In this document: piece after piece, positions 57,670 to 64,000 of the stretch
How the letters are laid out: each line of letters opens with the position of its first letter
How positions within the stretch are numbered: the stretch's first letter is position 1
DNA from: Felis catus
Lineage: Eukaryota
Direction: 5' to 3'
Length of the DNA stretch: 64,000 nt
NCBI RefSeq assembly: GCF_018350175.1
Contig: NC_058380.1
Location: 45,756,001 to 45,820,000 of the forward strand
The notes under the pieces: generated by a model
Told to the model about the DNA's origin: nothing
The model's database searches: none
What the model saw: the letters and a program-made list of their open reading frames with translations, nothing else
Program-made: the position numbers and the translations under genes

Positions 57670-60600
57670 TGTGCTACTGGGGCGGCGACCAAAACTGGGG
57701 GAAGGGTTTGGGATGCATGCAGAAATTCGACTTCTTCCTGAAATTGTCCCTTTAAGCTACGACTTAAAGGACTTAAAGGACTCAAATATTCAAAATATTA
57801 AATATTCAAAAGTTTTGGAGAACTTAGCTGCAGGGCCAGAGGCGCTGGCCAGGGGATTGAGCCCCCACCAGCCAACTTTCCATCCCCAGGCACTTCTGGC
57901 CCACCTGACAGGGGACACGGAGGAGGCAGGGCCTGTTGCCAGGTGCCCACTGATGGGCTTGGCAAGATCACTTGCAGCAGCAGCGGAAGCAGCCAACGTT
58001 CTCCGGCTTCAGAAGTCAGAGTGTGCATCGGGCCATAGCTCCACCCTCTGCCGGCTGATTGCTGGGCTGCGGAGGTCAAGGCCCCCAGATGCCCAGTCCA
58101 GCACAGAAACACAAAACTCGGGGAACCCTGCCCACACATCCACACCCAGGCGCTCATCCGGGCCTGTGTTTGGGCATGACTGCGTTCTGATTACAGGTGC
58201 AAGAGGCTCGTTTCTTCAAAAAACCGCAGCTGCACATCTGAAAACGTAAAGGTGTCGAAAGTCCGCAGCCACTGGCGAACATGGAAGGAGAAGAGAAATG
58301 TAAAAGGGTCCGTGGGATCAGTGACATGTCCTCAGGGGGTGGAACAACACCAAAGGGCAGCACTGAGGCCAGACTCTCCAGATTCTTCAGTTCCGGACCC
58401 TGAGAAGATTCAAGTGGACATTGGGAGCACAGACTTCTCCTGTGTGGACGTGGCCAATAGCAGTGTCCCCAGCAGGGGTGGCGATGACATCACAGCAGCC
58501 TGCAGGGTATTGGCAGGGAGGGGGGGCTACTCCAGTGCCAGATGCAAACTTCTGTCTCAACTGGCAGAAAAATCTACTGCCTTATGACTATTTAATAGGG
58601 ATTTTGTCAACTTGTCCTTAGAATGTCAAGTCAGTCCATTTAGGTGACTCATACCACAGCCCCTGTTGCCTTCCAAAACATAGACGACAACCCTTTGGCA
58701 TCTGAAGTGGAATTTGGAATCCTTGATCACCTCACCCTCCCTGCCATACTGATTTCATGCCCTAGCCTTTCCTGGTTCTGAATTCCAATGTCCATTTCTA
58801 TCCTTCGTTCCCTTAAGAGGCGCTTCCAGACAAGTCATTACCTCAATTCTCCTTACGGTTTTGACCTTGGATCTTTCGTCCCATCAGGATAATTTATTCC
58901 TCCAGATTTATATTCTCTCTAAACCGTTGTATAAACGACTGCGATCCCAATGGTTCCATTGAGAAGACTGAATTCATAATTTCAAAGATCTTAGAATAGT
59001 TAGCATCCAGTCAACCCCGGTGTTATCATCATAAAACATCATCATCCTTATTATTATGCAGATGAAGAGCAGAATCTTTTAGGACCATCCAATTCCCTTT
59101 CTCAGGGCAATACTGCCATTGAGTGAGTGGCTATCTTAACGAGGTAGCGTGCTCAGGCAAGGCAAATATCTGTGATCCTGATCCTTCCACACGGGGTTAG
59201 CAGGTGGGGTCTGCTTGCCAGTCTCTTGTGAGCTGGTTGATGCCACCCCTGTCGTCTCTCCTCAGAGCTGATCATATGTGGATTAAGTGAAAGCAAAATC
59301 AGGTGGCTGGTCTTGCAGAGCTGAGGGCCGTCCATGGATCCAGGAGTTGGTCTTCTCTGAGGCTCTGGCTGACACACCTCTTTTGCTGATTTGGGGGAAC
59401 TCAGGGTGGCCTTCGTTCTCTCTGCCAGAGCTCCCAGTCCCCGGTTCTGCTGCACCGAATCGTGCTCACTTACGTTTTGTCAGCAGAAAGGTCACTTCTT
59501 TCACTTTCGTGACACTTGGACTTAACCTTTGTGAGGTTTTTGTTTGTTTGTTTGTTTGTTTGTTTGTTTTTGCCCATGCAGAACTGTCATGTTTTGCTTT
59601 CTAGGAAAGTTGAAATGGGAAACAACACAACTGATGTTTTGAAAATGATAGAGAAAAATGGGGCAGCCCCTTGGCCTTTCTTTAACTTCCCTTTGTATTA
59701 ACCTCAGGATGATGTAGAACACGACGCAGGAGGAGGAAGACAGACTATGTCACCACTGTGTAAAAACTAAGTTATTAGAATTCTTTTTGTTGTTATCTTC
59801 ATTTATTTTAAAATGAAAGATCACGAATAAATAAAGGAAAAAAGACATTTCTCTCTGACATAACAGCCTCGGCCTCACCCCCTTCATTCTGAGCATGAGA
59901 GGGAGGAACAGACTAAGAAACTAAACAGAAATACCTAGACTGAATGAACACCTGAGAATCGCTAGTTTCTGTGCTGAAAGCTTCCACTGAGAGACATCAT
60001 CAGTGAGTCCGAGCCCAGCTCAGAAGTTTTGAGTCTAACTAGTGTTCAATGATTGAAGTAAAAGATTGAACAATAAAAGCTATGGTGGCAAAATAAAAGT
60101 ATTTGCTTACCAAAGGTGAAATGATTACAGTTGGGTCACTCCCCTCCTTAGAGGAAACAAACTTTTGACCTTGGCATCTGAGAGCTGTTGACACTTTGAT
60201 ACCTGCTCAGGAGAGGAGGAGGTCAACACTGAGAGCTAGGGTCCCTCACAGAAACAGTCCAGGGGTAGAGGGAAGGAATGAGGGGCATTAACTCTTTTGC
60301 TAACAAAGAAACCAGCCCCTCCACAGCAGAGGAATTCTAATGTCCTCAGGACAAGGTGAGCCTGCCCTTAGGGAGTGAGTCCAGGAGAGGCTGGGTTGAG
60401 GACACTCAGTCACTCCAGAGGAACATGTTAGTAGAGGTGATAATAACCTTGCGAGTGAGGGGTTGCTGAGAAAATAAAATGATCTGGGATTAGAATCTTC
60501 ACAGCTACACGTCCCAGACCAGAAGCGGGCTTCCTGCTGGGGACACTGGCACAGCCTGAGGAGCACTGTAGACGGGTTACAAAATGGCAGAAGGATAGTG

Positions 60601-61116
60601 TCTGTATTATTAGTCTTGACCCTGAGGCTCCAGTGCAGCATAACTGCATGGACCTGCATCAGTTATTTCTAGAATGAAGAGAAACATCCAAGAAACTCAT
60701 TCACTTATCACCACAAGCCTCTAATGTGAGTACAACAGTGATTAAAACCCAGTCCTGGTCCTAAAGAGCTTATTTACCGTACGTGGTCTGGTCAGAACCT
60801 AGCAAGATACAAAAACCCATAGGAGTGAAGGAGCCTGTCTCTGTATGAAGTAAAGAGGGTAAAAACCTAGTCCACCATCAAGGCCAAAGCTTCTTTCTAA
60901 CACAAAGAGCAATGTTCATATATGGAAACATATATGTGAGCAGGTGTGTGTATGAGTACCTACATGCCTACATCACTCCAGTCTTTAGGACAAAGACGTT
61001 TCTCGTTTGGTTGATAAGTGTCCATTGGGATGGACATATCAGAAGTTTATTGGGAAATAAAGCTTCCATTGCCAACGTAGTATTTTAGATTGATGACATC
61101 TTCTTACACAATAAGG

Positions 61117-61205
61117 AGAATGCATAAATGAAAACAAAAAAAAAGGAAGTAGAAGTGGAGAGGATGTTCAGAAAATGAAATTGTCCGCGTTCCCTATTTA
61201 AGAGC
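61117..61205 (+). promoter_or_regulatory. IFN-omega promoter (GAAA motifs plus TATTTAA box)
   Basis: gaatgcataaatgaaaac..ttcagaaaatgaaattg..ccctatttaag, TATA at 61195-61201. Confidence 0.8.
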
Positions 61206-61294
61206 CATGCTTCGAGTTGGTCCTCAGAGAACCTCGGCCCCGAGGTCCCCCAGCCGCCCAGCTCAGCCCTGCCAGCAGCCCCCTCGGCTTCCCC

Positions 61295-61885
61295 ATGGCT
61301 CTCCTGCGCCCTCTGCTGACCGCCCTGGCGCTGCTCACCTGCCGCCCTGGAGGCTCTCTGGGCTGTGCCCTGCCTGGGAGCCACGCGCAGGTTAGCAGGG
61401 ACAACTTGGTGCTCCTGGGCCAGATGCGGAGACTGTCCCCTTTCTTGTGCCTGCGGGCCAGAAAAGACTTCCGCTTCCCCCGGGAGATGCTGGAGGGCGG
61501 CCAGCTCCGGGAGGCCCAGGCCGCCGCCGCCGTCCTGCGGGAGCTGCTCCAGCAGACCTTCAACCTGTTGCACACGGAGCGCTCCTCGGCGGCCTGGAGC
61601 CCCGCGCCGCTGCACGGACTCCGCTCTGGCCTCCACCGGCAGCTGGAAGCCCTGGACGCCTGCTTGCTGCAGGCCACGGGCGAGGGAGAGCGCGCCCCGG
61701 GGATGCACGGCCCTGCCCTGGCCATCAAGAGGTACTTCCAGGACATCCGCGTCTACCTGGAGGACGAGGGATACAGTGACTGCGCCTGGGAAATTGTCAG
61801 GCTGGAAATCATGAGAGCCTTGTCCTCCTCGGCGACCTTGCAAGACAGCTTGGCCATCAAGGATGGAGACCTGGGGTCACCTTGA
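61295..61885 (+). CDS. IFNW: Feline interferon omega, 196 aa, intronless
   Basis: MALLRPLLTALALLTCRPGGSLG|CALPGSH..RRLSPFLCLRARKDFRFPREM..YSDCAWEIVRLEIMRALSSS..KDGDLGSP; GGSLGC, SPFLCL and the DGDLGS tail are omega hallmarks; ARE at ~62097-62125. Confidence 0.95.
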   Translation: MALLRPLLTALALLTCRPGGSLGCALPGSHAQVSRDNLVLLGQMRRLSPFLCLRARKDFRFPREMLEGGQLREAQAAAAVLRELLQQTFNLLHTERSSAAWSPAPLHGLRSGLHRQLEALDACLLQATGEGERAPGMHGPALAIKRYFQDIRVYLEDEGYSDCAWEIVRLEIMRALSSSATLQDSLAIKDGDLGSP

Positions 61886-62445
61886 AGTGATTCTCACTGC
61901 CTGACGTGCCACATCACCCTGTACTATGTCTGCTCACTTCAAGAGACTCATTCCTGCTTTAGTAGAGAATTCATTGAATTTAACTCAACAAATACTTTGT
62001 GAATAGTATGAAGAAGATGTTTTAAAAAATTCAGCTTCAGGATTTTAGTCTCTAAGAGATGACTTCTCTGATGCTTGGTTTCTCTTTTTTAAAAAAGTTA
62101 TTTATTTATTTATTTATTTATTTGTATTCCTTCTTCCATCTGTCGTATTTATAGAATTCAGAAATTATATACAGTGAAATGTTCATCTTTAAATTGCATT
62201 AAAATTTACAAAACATATTTACCTTTCCGTGTTATTAAATTTGCATTTTGCTTTATATGTTACATACTTATCAAAGAGAACTTCTCAAATGTTTGTTCTA
62301 AAATCAAAATCCACATCATTGTAAATGATATTGAGGAACAGATAGTAAAATTTATTTACTCATTCATTCCATTCAGAGTATATGTCAAAACAGGAGTATC
62401 TAAATGACAAATGTGTAATTGTGGTCAAGGAACTAGAGGTCACCT

Positions 62446-62862
62446 GGGGTGCCTGGATGGCTCAGTCAGTAGAACTGCAACTCTTGATCTCAGGGTTGTG
62501 AGCTCAAGCTCCACGTTGGGCATGGACCTCACTTTTTAAAAAAATGAAAGGGGCGCCTGGCTGGCTTAGTCTGTAGAGCGTGCAACTCTTGATTTCCGGT
62601 TTATAAATTGGAGGTGTAGATATTACTTAAAAAGCCAAATTAGGGGCGCCTGGGTGGCGCAGTCGGTTAAGCGTCCGACTTCAGCCAGGTCACGATCTCG
62701 CGGTCCGGGAGTTCGAGCCCCGCGTCAGGCTCTGGGCTGATGGCTCAGAGCCTGGAGCCTGTTTCTGATTCTGTGTCTCCCTCTCTCTCTGCCCCTCCCC
62801 TGTTCATGCTCTGTCTCTCTGCCCCAAAAATAAATAAACGTTAAAAAAAAAAATTTAAAAAA
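62446..62862 (+). mobile_element. Two short Can-SINE fragments plus a full SINEC_Fc (62643-62862)
   Basis: Three SINE heads; TSD aaaagccaaatta around the last. Confidence 0.88.
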
Positions 62863-62921
62863 AGCCAAATTATGGGAAAAGCCTAAATGTCCATCAGCTG
62901 ATGAATGGATAAAGAAAATGT

Positions 62922-62959
<38 letters not shown>

Positions 62960-63420
62960 AATACTACTTGACAATGAGAAAGAATGAAGTCACATCATTT
63001 GCAGCAACATGGATGAAACTGGAAGGTATTATGTTGAGTGAAATAAGTCAGTCAGAGAAGGACAGATACCATGTTTTCACTCATATGTCGATCTTGAGAA
63101 ACTTAACAGAAAACCATGGGGGAAGGAAAGGGGGAAAAATAGTTACAAACAGAAAGGGAGGCAGGCAAACCAAAAGGGACCCTAAATGCAGAGAACATTC
63201 TGAGGGTTGATGGGGGTGGGGGTGGGGAAGAGGGGGAAGTGGGTGATGGGCATTGAGGAGGGTGCTTGTTGGGATGAGCACTGGGTGTTGTATGTAAGTG
63301 ATGAACCACGGGAATCTACCCTGGAGACCAAGAGCACACTTTACACGCTGTATGTTAGCCAATTTGACAATAAATTATATTTGAAAGAAGTAAAATCTTT
63401 TTAAAAAATGAAAAAAAAAA
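62863..63420 (+). mobile_element. Carnivore L1 3' end with (TA)n at ~62925-62953
   Basis: aaatgtccatcagctgatgaatggataaagaaaatgtgg..gatgagcactgggtgttgtatg..tttgacaataaa, then an A-tail. Confidence 0.92.
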
Positions 63421-64000
63421 TCTAGAGGTCAATAAAGCACATACAGTTTCTGCTGTGTTGAAACTCGGCCTTATAGGGAAGGAGACATAAAAAACAGTAC
63501 TAATGTTTATTTTATTTCAGTTATGTTAAAAATTACAAAGGGAAGCAAAGGAAAATGATGTTCTTACACAAGAAGCTTTAGGTACAAAGGATGTTGGCAA
63601 GGAAGAGTGATATTAGATATCCTTTCTAAGGCGCCTGGGAGACATGTGAGTGCTGAAGTCTTACCTGCAGTTGGGAATGTGGGTCTGGAATTTACAAAAA
63701 TGCCATGAGGAAGGTGTCAGTTTGGGATTCCTTACTGAGTACCTGGGAACGAGGCATGGGAATGAATGTGGTCACGTATAAGTAGAATGGACAATGAGAT
63801 GTAGTCCTGCAGACCTTCAATGTTTAAAGGTCAGGCAGAGGAGAGTCTGGGAAGGGCATTGAGGCAGAGTGGCCAGTGCAGTTGGAAGGACACATGGGGA
63901 CAAGACTTGACCATGAAGGGAATACGGGTCAGGGTGGTGCTTTGTAAGGGCAGGTGTGGATGAACTGTCCCCATGGACCTGCAAACAGATGGGGCTGGTG

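Noticed and set aside
57671-58249. 192-aa ORF between IFNA and IFNW
   Set aside because: Non-ATG start, and the frame is only partly kept in the inverted paralog at 487-830; no family recognised on this strand.
61085-61843. Antisense and alternative-frame ORFs over IFNW (and over the IFNA genes)
   Set aside because: Expected from high GC and stop-codon scarcity; no recognisable protein. The 61217 start is a non-ATG extension.

Overview
Mammalian genomic DNA from a felid, judged by Felis-type Can-SINEs, carnivore L1 and feline interferon proteins. The window is part of the type I interferon cluster around the intronless KLHL9 gene (18869-20722, +). Intact genes are KLHL9, two near-identical feline IFN-alpha genes (44572-45153 and 53671-54255, both with the IHPED insertion) and one GC-rich IFN-omega gene (61295-61885). 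Five IFN pseudogenes not shown as whole ORFs in the track can be read by hand: two IFN-delta-like (about 1875-2368 on -, about 38811-39300 on +), a 5'-truncated alpha-like (about 16733-17086, -), a minor-class chi/mu-like (about 32925-33470, -) and an omega-like (about 48290-48820, +). The left end of the window is a diverged inverted paralog of two right-hand segments. The most unusual element is a 2.6-kb composite tandem array (35657-38260): four copies of a ~120-bp CpG-rich header, each followed by a variable block of CCCATCG(T/C) octamers and a fixed 29-bp linker. It sits between the chi/mu-like and delta-like pseudogenes and is not seen in the inverted paralog. The rest is SINE, L1, L2, MaLR and MER debris, a possible SPATA31-like remnant and six N-gaps. 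All family assignments are from recalled sequence features, not database searches, and repeat boundaries are approximate.
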